Shown piece after piece: positions 26,801-34,167 of a stretch of DNA of 64,000 nt. Each line of letters begins with the position of its first letter. Position 1 is the stretch's first letter. The stretch comes from Candidatus Rifleibacteriota bacterium (GTDB lineage: Bacteria; Muiribacteriota; Ozemobacteria; Ozemobacterales; Ozemobacteraceae), in NCBI GenBank assembly GCA_015232575.1, contig JADFZL010000018.1, positions 66,264-130,263 of the forward strand, written 5' to 3'. The notes beneath the pieces are model-generated. The model was not told the DNA's origin. It saw only the letters and a list, made by a program, of their open reading frames with translations, and did no database searches. Position numbers and translations under genes: made by a program.

Positions 26801-29190
26801 CTAATCAAATCAGGGCACTTTCTACTTCCCAGGTATCTTCTCTGACAACAAATCAAATTGCTGCTCTTACCGCTGATCAATTTGTCAGCATGAAAACAGA
26901 TCAGATACAATCACTTACTCCTAATCAGCTTGCTGCAATTCAGACGTCTGATCTTGCAGCTCTTTCTTCAAATCAGCTCAGAGCGATAACTACTACAAAT
27001 ATACGCTCATTGACAACTGACCAGATAGTTGGTCTGACAAATGATCAATTCTCAACCTTGACAACAGATCAGATTGCTGCGCTCACGACAACGCAGGTTG
27101 CAGCTATTCAATCTACTGATTTGCAAGCCCTCACAACAAATCAGATTAAGGCATTTACTTCTAATCAGATCAGAGCATTGTCAACTGACCAGGTAACCAA
27201 GCTGTCTGAATCCCAAGTCGCAGCAATGGAAACTGACGATGTTGCAGCAATGTTGACGTCACAAATTCAAGTTCTCAACACTACTCAGTTCACATCGCTG
27301 ACAACTGATCAAATAGCTGCCATGACAACCAGTCAAATTGAAGCAATTGAGACTGATGATCTGGCATCACTTGACGTAGACAGAATTCAGGCTCTAACTA
27401 CCGCTCAGGTGAGGGCATTGTCTACAGAACAAATGAGTTCACTTACAGTAACGCAGATTCCTGCAATTGCAGCAGATGACTTGGCAGCGTTAACAACAAC
27501 TCAGATTAATACAATAAAAACAGCCAACTTCAATAATATTACCAACACTCAAATTCAAGCACTGAATACAAATCAATTAAAATATCTGGCAACAGACAAA
27601 CTTGTTACATTATCAGCCAGTCAGATTGGTTCTATTAAAACTGATTCCATTTCAGCTCTCACTAGCGATCAAATTAAATCGCTCACTGCGACTCAGTTCG
27701 CCGGAATAACAACCAGTCAGATTGCACAAATGACAACCGCTCAAGTTGCTGCTATTGAAACTGATGATTTGATAGTTCTTGGAAGTGAACACATCAAAGC
27801 AATGAATTCTTCGCAGATAAAAGCTTTGACAAGCAATCAAATAGCTGCTTTGACAACAACTCAGATAACTGGTATTGAAACTGATGATTTGATTGTATTG
27901 ACTTCCACACAGATTGGTGCCTTTACCACAGATCAAATTGAAGCACTTAGTACAAAGCAAGTTGAAGCGTTGACCAGTGCACAGATAGCTGCAATAGAAG
28001 TTGCTGATCTGCAGACATTCTCTTCATCTCAATTAAGAGCACTTACAAGTGATCAAATCCAATGGTTGACTACCTCTCAGGTAACCGAACTTACAACTGA
28101 TAATCAAATTCCGTTCTTGAAAACAGATCAGATAGCGGCACTTGAAACACGTGATCTTGTTAAACTAACAGCGTCACAAATTGCATCCTTTACCACTGAT
28201 CAAATTCGCGCATTGTCCACCAGTCAAATCAGCGTTCTCACAACAGACCAGATCAGGGCTATTGAGACATCTGATCTTGAAGCATTGACTACAGATCAAA
28301 TTCAAGCTTTGACCTCAACTCAATTCCAGGCACTGACAACAGATTCTCAAATACCAGCACTAACAACTGATCAGATAAGGGCTATCGAGATATCAGATCT
28401 AGTTAAGCTTACGACCAGTCAGGTCAGAGCTATGACTACCAGCCAGATCAGTAAGTTAACAACCAGTCAGTTGACCTCACTTACCACAACTCAGACCGCT
28501 GCAATAGGAACCGATGACATTGCAGCAATGACCACCGAACAAATCAACAAGTTGACAACCAATCAGATCAGATCGCTTTCAAATGCACAAATTGCAGCTC
28601 TGACTTCAGATACCCAGCTAAACGCACTTACTACCGATCAGATAATAGCTCTCACTACTTCACAGATTCAAGCATTCACTACTGATAAACAAATTCCTGC
28701 ACTTTCAACGACTCTGCTTGCAGCTATTGAAACAGCAGATCTCGTTAAAATGACCACTAATCAGATTGCTGCTCTCACAACAGATCAGATTTCACATCTT
28801 ACTCCAACACAAGTCAGCAAACTTACGACTGATCAAATAGTGGCTATTGAAACTGATGACCTGGTGCAAATGACGACCAATCAAATTCAGGCGCTTGGAA
28901 CAACTCAGGTCCTGGCATTAAATACTAATCAAATTTCCTCGTTGACTACCGATCAGGTTGTTGGCCTTACTACAAATCAATTCAGAAATATGAGCACCGA
29001 TCAACTAGTCGCCTTAACGACGGATAGTCAGGTACCTGCAATTGCAACTGAAGATCTTGTAGCTCTTACAACAACACAATTGCAATCGTTAACCACCGAC
29101 CAGATTTATGCTCTAACTGATGATCAGGTAGCAGCAATAAATACCGATCAATTAACCGGACCTCAACAGGCGGCATTATTACTGCCTTAA
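17887..29190 (+). CDS. Giant (3767 aa) octapeptide-repeat protein of unknown family. About 470 tandem 8-residue repeats with consensus [ST]-T-[DST]-Q-[IV]-x-[AS]-[LMF].
   Basis: One uninterrupted 11,304-nt ORF. The translation is almost entirely ...TTDQIKAL TTSQIAAL STDQVKAF ETDDLAAM... The 24-nt periodicity is visible in the DNA. Occasional 9-mers contain SGL, NGL or DGF. There is no signal peptide, LPXTG, RTX or other sorting motif. The gene has a strong RBS, its own promoter and a terminator. Confidence 0.85.
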   Translation: MSTITGLTAAQIAALSTSEIKNLTTDDFQAMTTTQVKALTTTQISAIESEDLVILNTKQIQALQTYNIRAMLASQISSLTTTQVKALNANQVKAFTTDHVAALSTDQTQAIDASDLAGMTTAQIAALSSDQTSSLTTQQVRTLRSDQFATFNTSEISTLSSDQTAALTAAQVKALSTEQLNAIQTTDFAALATSVISGLTTTQTASLSTDHLKGLTTAQTKSLTSKQLAVLAYSKISSFDTEDLAVLSATQIAGFTTTQIQQGFTSDQIRSLSTTQIKAFSITQAKALSTDQIDAMSSDQIGAIDATDLAGMSSSQVASFSTDQLSGLTTGQVKSLRSDQLRALSSNIAALSSDQLSSLTANQIKYLTTDQLFNDLSSDQIQNFSSTQIAALTTAQISSGLTTDTLKALTTSQMKALGPTQFQSLSGSKIALFSSDQIAAIDASDLSSLSTTQIQSLTSDQTAALSTQQLKALKAAQIAVFATEDIAALSTDQVSSLTDAQIAGLTSDQINSMSSSQIQSLTTRQVASIELLDLAKITTDQFQNFTSSQLSALTSNQIKSLTTSQVAVIATDDIQQLTNAQIAVLTTSQINSGLTTDQIVALTTSQIRALNSTQVKALTTDNIAKLSTDQIVALDAIDISALSTTQIAKLSSDQTASLTTVQIRSLKSEQVRNFGTEDINALSSDQLRTLSADQIKALTTDQLKSGLSASNFATLTTAQIAALSTGQIQSGLTTDQITALTTSQAASLTAAQIRSFSDSNISLFSSDQAKSLQASTIAAMSTSQLASFSTDEISALTVQQLKALKSEQMQAFGTDDIKAFSTDQIQALSATQIKAFSTDQLVSLKTDQVAAMTGAQIAAITTSTLNSLSDTQIDALTTNQMKYLSIAQLKALTTDQIAAINSSDFQILSGTQLAAFSSSQINQGFTTEQMASLTTTQLRALNSTQLRAMTTENVAALSSDQVSYIAATGISGLTTDQIRAFSTSQVSAFTTMQIKMLNATQIQSLGTDDVRALSTNLVSALSATQIKALGTSQIKDGFTTDHIVSLTTTQVAAFTTSQVNSGLTTTQLQNMTTDQIKSLAATQVKAITTDGIKALTTAQVKEIQVAAIASLTTDQTAILSTDQTANLTLSQVRSLRSDQIQVMGTDDIRAMSTDQISSLSASQIKALTTDQTASMKTDQVAVLGSTQLAAFETTDLAKFTTDQIVALSTSQVKAFSAAQIAAITTTQLSAMETDDLAALTTTQVSALTTAQLSSGLSTDQLKVMTTSQLRALTTSQISAFSTDDIKVLSTNQISSFNTSAISSFSTDQIAVLTTDHVKALTTAQLASLKTSQIRALDAADVGILNSSQISTLNASQLRALTTSQIKNGLTTDQIGSLSTTQIAALNTEQIRSGLTTDHVKQLTTTQLYAFSAANLGSLTTDAIKVLSTNQMLGLHANSISGLSTDQIAIMNTDQTSTLTSVQLRALTTSQIESFGTDDIRGFSSNQLNSLTATQIKALTTSQINNGLSTTQFQNLSQNQIAAFTTSQVKEGLTTDQVVAFTTNQISSLTTAHISAMGTDQIKAFETTDLALFNTRQIGSLTTAQVRQGLNTDQISVLSTAQITALSTNAVSSLTTDQIAAIGTGNLAALTTSQIRAMTTDQVKSLNSNSVVAMTSNQLRAMTTNQIQSFTTDQVQQLGTSGISSLTSVQISALTTDQVKNGLTTNQIESMNTAQIHSMTTAHINAMTTNQVAAIETVDLAAMSTDQIRSMTTDHIRTGLTNAQMSSISTAQFSSLSTDQIRAFSTSQVANTGTRNIAAMTTTQVTALTTDQVKNGLTSAQLNTLTSNQIRALSTDSVAALSGSQLSDLNTSSFAAMSTVQISSLNTDQIQNLGSNHLAAMTTTHFSALTTDQIRAITPDNVAVIGTSKIQTLSTTQVQALTTNQIPSMTTAQIVSLSTSQLSSMKTDQIAAIENEDLIKLTTAQIAALTTDQVSKGLKNDQIVALTTDQAKVLTTAQIASLTTSQLAVLETVDLASLSTTQIQAFSTEQVRNGLTEDQIAAFSSNQIRALSTVNLQALKTTSVAAIQTSDFQAMTTSQIAAFTTDQVASGITVDQIKALSTTQITALTSNQITAMRNDQLNAIETDDFAKLSTSQVTYITTSQIRDALSSSQLQVMSSTQLKALTTDQIKAFSADQLKLLSTSQLVELSTSQIESVETADLAALTTDQIKYMASNQLRALTTDQVRSLTVDQIKNITTDKLASLTTNQIKVLTQDQIKDGLTTNQIVALSTNQFRALTTDQVGYLSVTQVSKIENADLAALTTDQIKAMTEEQIRDGITTDQVSSITTSQISAIDTSDLAAMKTTQIVALTTSQTAALSTNQIRALTAEQISKIETSDLAAMTTSQISNLKTSQINEGFTTDQIRSLTTSQFQALSTDQIPSLTVTQVAAIKTSDLASLTTVQIQALTPDQIQALTTDQITALTSNQLPKIETSDLASLTTSQIKSLTTTQMRYFTTDQVKAFTPDQLRAIETDDLNAMTTTQIEALSTTQVVDGLSTSQVNTLSSTLLKALTTDQVAAMTNEQIAKISTSNLSAMLTTQIKALNADQTASLTTDQVKVLTSNQLAAIETADISGLSTSHIKILSTSQIKAFTTDQVKAFSADQLRAIETDDLNAMTTTQLEALSTTQVVDGLSTSQVNALSSTLLKALTTDQVSAMTNEQIAKISTSNLSEMLTTQIKALSADQTASLTTDQVKVLTSNQLAAIDTGDISGLSTSHIRILSTSQIKAFTTDQVKVFSADQLRAIETDDLNSMTTSQIVALSTSQVVDGFSTHQINSLSSTILRAFTTDQVAALTDSQIVKVSVANISTMLTTQIEALTPDQAAKLTTDQIQALTSYQIAAIETADIAALTTSQIKSLTSSQVASLETEQIAALSDSQLAAIETDDISALDVSQIAALTSDQSPYLTTSQLGVMTSNQIRAIETDDLAVMTSNQIRALSTSQVSSLTTNQIAALTADQFVSMKTDQIQSLTPNQLAAIQTSDLAALSSNQLRAITTTNIRSLTTDQIVGLTNDQFSTLTTDQIAALTTTQVAAIQSTDLQALTTNQIKAFTSNQIRALSTDQVTKLSESQVAAMETDDVAAMLTSQIQVLNTTQFTSLTTDQIAAMTTSQIEAIETDDLASLDVDRIQALTTAQVRALSTEQMSSLTVTQIPAIAADDLAALTTTQINTIKTANFNNITNTQIQALNTNQLKYLATDKLVTLSASQIGSIKTDSISALTSDQIKSLTATQFAGITTSQIAQMTTAQVAAIETDDLIVLGSEHIKAMNSSQIKALTSNQIAALTTTQITGIETDDLIVLTSTQIGAFTTDQIEALSTKQVEALTSAQIAAIEVADLQTFSSSQLRALTSDQIQWLTTSQVTELTTDNQIPFLKTDQIAALETRDLVKLTASQIASFTTDQIRALSTSQISVLTTDQIRAIETSDLEALTTDQIQALTSTQFQALTTDSQIPALTTDQIRAIEISDLVKLTTSQVRAMTTSQISKLTTSQLTSLTTTQTAAIGTDDIAAMTTEQINKLTTNQIRSLSNAQIAALTSDTQLNALTTDQIIALTTSQIQAFTTDKQIPALSTTLLAAIETADLVKMTTNQIAALTTDQISHLTPTQVSKLTTDQIVAIETDDLVQMTTNQIQALGTTQVLALNTNQISSLTTDQVVGLTTNQFRNMSTDQLVALTTDSQVPAIATEDLVALTTTQLQSLTTDQIYALTDDQVAAINTDQLTGPQQAALLLP
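25381..26613 (+). repeat. Three tandem 411-bp (137-aa) super-repeats inside the giant gene. Copies 1 and 2 are about 93% identical; copy 3 is more diverged.
   Basis: Copies begin at 25381, 25792 and 26203. Each encodes ...TTDQVKAF SADQLRAI ETDDLNAM TTTQ[IL]EAL STTQVVDGL STSQVN[TA]L SSTLLKAL TTDQV[AS]AM TNEQIAKI STSNLS[AE]M LTTQIKAL ... Confidence 0.8.
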
Positions 29191-29203
29191 AAAATTCTAA
29201 AAA

Positions 29204-29241
29204 CAAAGCTTCAACTTAAAAGTTGAAGCTTTGTTTTTTAT
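29204..29241 (+). terminator. Rho-independent terminator of the giant gene
   Basis: caaagcttcaact-taaa-agttgaagctttg followed by tttttta. A 13-bp perfect stem plus a U-tract, 14 bp after the stop. Confidence 0.75.
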
Positions 29242-29356
29242 CTCAACATTATGCAAAATCATCCTTATACCAAAAAGATAGAAACACCCACCCTCTCCCA
29301 CGCTGACTGCGGGTAGATAGAGAAAATAGGAACTTTTCAATGAGCGTTGATATATT

Positions 29357-31180
29357 ATGGAGAATATAATGCAATTTCAATCAGAGTATTTAGATGCAAT
29401 AAAAAGAATCTGGCAAAAAAGGTTAGATATTTATGAACTGCTTAATTTAGCTGAAAAAATAGAAAACAACAACAATTATGAGCTTGCTGCGGCATTATAT
29501 AAGCTGTGGCTTCTAAAAAATGATACAAACCAAAATCACTTCGTTTATTATAATCTGAGTGTCGTTTCTTTGAAAATGGGAGAATTAAACGATGCCTTGT
29601 CTGCTGCCAAAAAGGCGATTGAGCTTTATCCCAGTTTTATTCTTCCACATTTAACGCTTCTTCAAATTTACAACTCTCTGAGCATGAAAAATGAAAAGAT
29701 TGCAGAATGCCTCTGGATTACAGAGAATGTTTCGCCTGTTCAGAAAGAATTTCAAGACTTTCTTGTCTGCGCATTAAATACAGTTGCAGAAAAAGCAGAA
29801 GAGAACAAAGAATATGCAAAAGCATACGAATATTGTAGTAGAAGCCTTTCCATCAAAGAAGATCAGCCAGATGTACTGCATCATTGGATTTTTTTGAGAG
29901 AAAAACTTTGTATCTGGCCAGTATTATCATCTTTCGGTTCAATTTCCTCTGAGAAACAAAAAAGATTTTCTTCTGCAATGGCTATTTTAAGCATTACGGA
30001 CGACCCTGAATTACAATTCGAAACTGCTGTAAATTTTGCAAAAAAAATCTGCCTTCCAGAAATACTTTTATCTCAAAAAAGAAAATACAATCATAATAAA
30101 ATCAGAATCGGCTACTGTTCATCAAATTATTGTATTCATCCGGTTGGAATGCTTACCGTAGAGTTGTTTGAACAACACAACCGTGACTTATTCGAAATAT
30201 ATGGTTTCTGTTGGACAAACGAAGGGGATTCCGAACTTCGTACAAGAATAGCAAAATCTTTTGAACATTTTTACAAGATCGGACAACTCAGCGATGAAGA
30301 ATCAGCAGGATTAATCAAAGAAAGAGAAATTGATATTGTAATAGATCTTCATGGGCAAACCCTCGGAGCAAGACCGGGAATATTCGCTTTTCGTCCAGCA
30401 CCTGTTCAGATAACATACCTAGGCTTACCAGGAACAACCGGTTATTCGTTTATTGATTACGTAATTGCCGATCAATACATCATTCCAAATGAATTTCAAC
30501 ACTATTTCTCTGAAAAACCAATTTATATGCCAGATTGCTTTCAGGTAAGCGATCGAAAACGTGTGCCCTACCCCACCCCATCAAAATATAGTCAAGGTCT
30601 TCCAGAAACTGGATTTATTTTCTGCTCGTTCAACAGCAGTTTCAAGATAACCCCTGAAATATTCACCATCTGGATGAATATATTAAAAAGGGTTCCTGAC
30701 AGTGTTCTCTGGCTGATTTCTGACAATACGGCAACAGAAGAAAACTTAAAAAAAGAGGCACAAAAGCAAAAGGTATCAGTTGAGCGGCTCATTTTTTCTA
30801 ACCTTGTATCACCGCCAGAATATCTTGCACGCATGAAACTTGCAGACCTTTTTCTGGACACCTACCCATTTAACGCAGGAACGACCGCAAACGACTCTCT
30901 TTGGATGGGTCTTCCGGTTCTTACACTAAGCGGACGTTCATTTGCATCACGAATGGCAGGATCATTACTCAAGACGCTTAACCTGCATGAGCTGATAACG
31001 AAAAATTACCAGGACTACGAAGAGAAAGCTATCACACTTGCACATGATCCGGAAAAATGCTTCAAGATACGAAATCATCTTAAAACAGAGTGCAAAAACG
31101 GGGTTCTGTTCGACACTCCAAGATTCGTAAAAAACCTTGAAAACATTTTTCTCAAACTAATAACAGAATTGCCATGTTAA
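29357..31180 (+). CDS. TPR-repeat protein fused to a GT41-family (O-GlcNAc transferase / FlmG-like) glycosyltransferase domain
   Basis: N-terminal TPR-like helices. C-terminal segments read RIGYCSSNYCIHPVGMLTVELFE, FRPAPVQITYLGLPGTTGYSFIDYVIADQYIIPNEFQHYFSEKPIYMPDCFQ and GFIFCSFNSSFKITPEIFTIWMNILKRVPDSVLWL. These are typical of the OGT/SPINDLY catalytic domain. Confidence 0.7.
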   Translation: MENIMQFQSEYLDAIKRIWQKRLDIYELLNLAEKIENNNNYELAAALYKLWLLKNDTNQNHFVYYNLSVVSLKMGELNDALSAAKKAIELYPSFILPHLTLLQIYNSLSMKNEKIAECLWITENVSPVQKEFQDFLVCALNTVAEKAEENKEYAKAYEYCSRSLSIKEDQPDVLHHWIFLREKLCIWPVLSSFGSISSEKQKRFSSAMAILSITDDPELQFETAVNFAKKICLPEILLSQKRKYNHNKIRIGYCSSNYCIHPVGMLTVELFEQHNRDLFEIYGFCWTNEGDSELRTRIAKSFEHFYKIGQLSDEESAGLIKEREIDIVIDLHGQTLGARPGIFAFRPAPVQITYLGLPGTTGYSFIDYVIADQYIIPNEFQHYFSEKPIYMPDCFQVSDRKRVPYPTPSKYSQGLPETGFIFCSFNSSFKITPEIFTIWMNILKRVPDSVLWLISDNTATEENLKKEAQKQKVSVERLIFSNLVSPPEYLARMKLADLFLDTYPFNAGTTANDSLWMGLPVLTLSGRSFASRMAGSLLKTLNLHELITKNYQDYEEKAITLAHDPEKCFKIRNHLKTECKNGVLFDTPRFVKNLENIFLKLITELPC

Positions 31181-31345
31181 TTGCATTCATACAACAATCT
31201 TATTTTGCTCTAAGTACAGCAAATGCATGAGGGTGCAACTTGCTCCCTTTCACGGAAATTACCGTGGGAAAGTGCTGGATAGAGGATATAATCTTTCCCA
31301 TTATTTAGTATTTTGTGTACTTAATAAAAACTCTGAAGTCTCTAA

Positions 31346-32455
31346 TCAGCCTTTTTTGGCAAGAACCGCTGCATTTGTACCATTAAATGCAGCAATAGCA
31401 GGAACAATATTAGTATGTTCGGGCAGATTAATTGTTGTCATAACTGCCGTATAGATCCGATTTCTCAAAAGATGATTTTTCATAACATATTCCTGCCGAA
31501 ATATGATTCCATCGGTCCCGGCATTATCAAAATTTTCAATTGCCAGATTCAGTGCTTTCCTGATTGTTGGTACAGAAAAATCGTCATTAATCCTTACAAT
31601 CCCTAATTTTTTCTGTTCATCAAAAGATATTACTTTTTCAAGATCAACAACTCTTTCTGGAATTATTGGGACCAACCCTGCCAACAGAGCATCAAAAATA
31701 CGGGTTGAAAGATCTTTGTCAACCGGTAAAATTAATGTAGTTTTATAATTCAGCCACTCTTTAAATCGAGAAATTTTATCCAGATTAAAATATCTTTTTC
31801 TATCATGCATTGTCATCAACAACACATCAGCTTCTGGCATGTTCTTCTGCAAATCACTAATAACTTCAGTCCGCCAGGTAGTTTTGTAATCTACATAGTT
31901 TACCAACAATTGATTACTTCTTTTCATGTTGATTATCAGATCAGTATCGGTTCGAATATCTCCCAACTCTTTCAAGGACCATTGAGCAGAACAGGCTGGC
32001 AAAAAGCCAATTACCAGAGATGCTGGATTGTAAAGATAGTCGATAATATAATCATGGCTGAAAAATACATAATCAGCCATCAATATTGTTTTTAAGTTGT
32101 TAAGATGCCCCAGATGGTTATCCCAGAGCCAGACAACAACGACGGAAGACGGTTTAAGCTGCTGCCTGATTTTCCAAAGATACGGACTCATATCAGAACC
32201 ATGAGCAGTGGTAAGTAGCACATCAGCTTCAGAAAGTTCTGTTTTGTAGTCTATAAACTTCAATTTTGGCTGAATGCCTCCAAAATTGAGATCATCAGAC
32301 AAATCTGCTGGAAAATATTTAATAAAGTCATTTTCAATCGAAGGATAAAATGCAAAGTTAATCTTCTCAAGTTTATTCAATTGCGCAGTATTATTCCATA
32401 AGCGCTGCAAATTATGCTTCGGCCACATCGCTTCCTCCCACAAAATAATATTCAA
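31346..32455 (-). CDS. Hypothetical protein, possibly a GT-B-like glycosyltransferase
   Basis: 369 aa. The only weak GT-B-like signal is the C-terminal segment STRIFDALLAGLVPIIPE. Confidence 0.35.
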   Translation of the reverse strand: MNIILWEEAMWPKHNLQRLWNNTAQLNKLEKINFAFYPSIENDFIKYFPADLSDDLNFGGIQPKLKFIDYKTELSEADVLLTTAHGSDMSPYLWKIRQQLKPSSVVVVWLWDNHLGHLNNLKTILMADYVFFSHDYIIDYLYNPASLVIGFLPACSAQWSLKELGDIRTDTDLIINMKRSNQLLVNYVDYKTTWRTEVISDLQKNMPEADVLLMTMHDRKRYFNLDKISRFKEWLNYKTTLILPVDKDLSTRIFDALLAGLVPIIPERVVDLEKVISFDEQKKLGIVRINDDFSVPTIRKALNLAIENFDNAGTDGIIFRQEYVMKNHLLRNRIYTAVMTTINLPEHTNIVPAIAAFNGTNAAVLAKKG

Positions 32456-32612
32456 TTAGTTGCTTACCAAAAAATACAGCATCGCAAGACAATATTTTTT
32501 TTCCTGTTCAACTTTGAATTTTTTTGATATTATACAATAAGTCAGGGAAATACAACACCTTAAAGCCATATTCTTGATAAATTTGGTAATACCCTTTAAA
32601 GAAGCATAAACC

Positions 32613-33452
32613 GTGAAAACTGCAAAAGATGATCCAATAAAGCTTGAGGAAAGCGTCATTCCAATGTTACAGAGTGAGCTCTCTCACACTGGTCTTAAAG
32701 ACTATTATCATGTTTTTGAAGAAAACATAGCTTCACTTATTAATTGTAAGGGGTTGGAAATTGCTCAACAAAAAATTTTTGATTTCCTTTCACAGGTAAC
32801 TCCTTCGAAGTTACCTGTGTTTATATGTCAACATGTATTGGGTGAGAGATTGAATTTTAAAGATGGAATTGTTTTTTCTCCTCATGCATCACAGATTAAT
32901 GGATTTATTTTAATTCCACATTTCAATTCAATAGCTGGTGATTTTATAGATTTTATTCCTGTGAAAAAGCGTGCCTGGATTGGAACTTTTATTGGCGACA
33001 CCAATACAAATCCTCTTCGCAAGAAAATCTATGATACACTTGTTGGAACTAAAGATTGGTTAATTAATGACACAGGCGTGTGGCACTTTTCGAAATCTCC
33101 TGATCAGAGGGAAAAAGACAAAGAAAGTTACATTAATAGTCTACAAAATTCAATCTTTTGTCTTTGTCCTCCCGGAACCGGCGCTGGCACTCTTCGACTT
33201 TGGGAATCAATTTCATGCGGTACAATACCTGTTATTTTTGGAAACACTCTTCTTCCAAAAGAATTAGAACCTCTTGCAGTAAGGATTGATACAATAGATT
33301 CAAAGGATGTTTTTCTTCAAAATTTACACGAGCGTGGAACTAATGTTAATTTCAGAGCAGCTCAACTATACCTGAAATATTGGAGCAACTTTGCAAATAA
33401 GAAAATCTATAAAAATATTGTACAATTTTTAGATGAAAAATTAAGAAAGTGA
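32613..33452 (+). CDS. Exostosin-like (GT47-like) glycosyltransferase domain protein
   Basis: SIFCLCPPGTGAGTLRLWESISCGTIPVIF matches the exostosin C-terminal motif (F.LCP.G...S.R..EA...GCIPVI). Confidence 0.5.
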   Translation: MKTAKDDPIKLEESVIPMLQSELSHTGLKDYYHVFEENIASLINCKGLEIAQQKIFDFLSQVTPSKLPVFICQHVLGERLNFKDGIVFSPHASQINGFILIPHFNSIAGDFIDFIPVKKRAWIGTFIGDTNTNPLRKKIYDTLVGTKDWLINDTGVWHFSKSPDQREKDKESYINSLQNSIFCLCPPGTGAGTLRLWESISCGTIPVIFGNTLLPKELEPLAVRIDTIDSKDVFLQNLHERGTNVNFRAAQLYLKYWSNFANKKIYKNIVQFLDEKLRK

Positions 33453-34165
33453 CTAATTCGTTGAAAATATATACGTTTTCTACTCAATCGTACAAGTCTC
33501 TATTAGATTTAAGCCTGAGTTCGTTGATTCAAATCGGAGAACATGAGAATGTTGTTGTTGCTTCGTTTGAGCAAAAAGCGAATTTTGTGGAGCTTTTTTC
33601 GCCAGAATGGCGTTTAACAATGATTGAAAAATTGAGATATGTATTATTTTCAATAGATGCCGTACAACCGTTTGTTCATGCTGATTGTGATATAGTTTAC
33701 TATCGACCGTTTACTCAACGTTTACTTACCTTACTAACAACAAGTGGCCTCGATTTGATTTTTCAGGCTGATAGTTCGCAGAATGTTTGTTTGGGTTTTT
33801 TTGTTTGTAAACCTACGAAAAGAACTTATGACTTGTTTGCAGCTTCCATTAAACTTCTTGAAGAAGGTAATGCTGAAAATTTTCACCAGGCTTTCAATAA
33901 ATTGCTGAATTCTCAGCTTTTTTCTGATATAAAATATGGACTGCTAGGCTCAGATGCATACAGCATTTGGAGGCAAACCGATGGCAAGCTCTGGGATTCC
34001 TCTCAACCAGTTAATAAAATTTTCGATGCTGTTTTTATGCATCATGCCAACTTCACCGTTGGAATTGATAACAAACTTAACTTAATAACAAAGGTAAGGG
34101 AAAATATGGTTTTTAAAAGTCCGATTATGTTTCAAACACCAGTGCATTACGAATTTTCACTATAA
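33449..34165 (+). CDS. Hypothetical protein (possible nucleotide-diphospho-sugar transferase fold)
   Basis: 238 aa. It contains a DCD (DxD-like) segment, FVHADCDIVYYRPF. Translationally coupled to its neighbours. Confidence 0.3.
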   Translation: MTNSLKIYTFSTQSYKSLLDLSLSSLIQIGEHENVVVASFEQKANFVELFSPEWRLTMIEKLRYVLFSIDAVQPFVHADCDIVYYRPFTQRLLTLLTTSGLDLIFQADSSQNVCLGFFVCKPTKRTYDLFAASIKLLEEGNAENFHQAFNKLLNSQLFSDIKYGLLGSDAYSIWRQTDGKLWDSSQPVNKIFDAVFMHHANFTVGIDNKLNLITKVRENMVFKSPIMFQTPVHYEFSL

Positions 34166-34167
34166 TT

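Noticed and set aside
17953-27960. Several 60-115 aa ORFs on the minus strand inside the giant gene (e.g. 17953-18300, 20202-20399, 23713-23901, 26713-26910, 27652-27960)
   Set aside because: They are Cys/Ser/Leu-rich antisense readings of the 24-nt repeat. They lack RBS or start context and lie wholly inside a strongly supported sense ORF.
31181-31345. Short inverted repeat tgcatt...aatgca after the first GT41 gene as a terminator
   Set aside because: 6-bp stem with a ~35-nt loop and no U-tract. Not convincing.
31227-31454. 75-aa plus-strand ORF after the first GT41 gene
   Set aside because: It overlaps the 3' end of the convergent minus-strand gene 31346-32455 and has no RBS.
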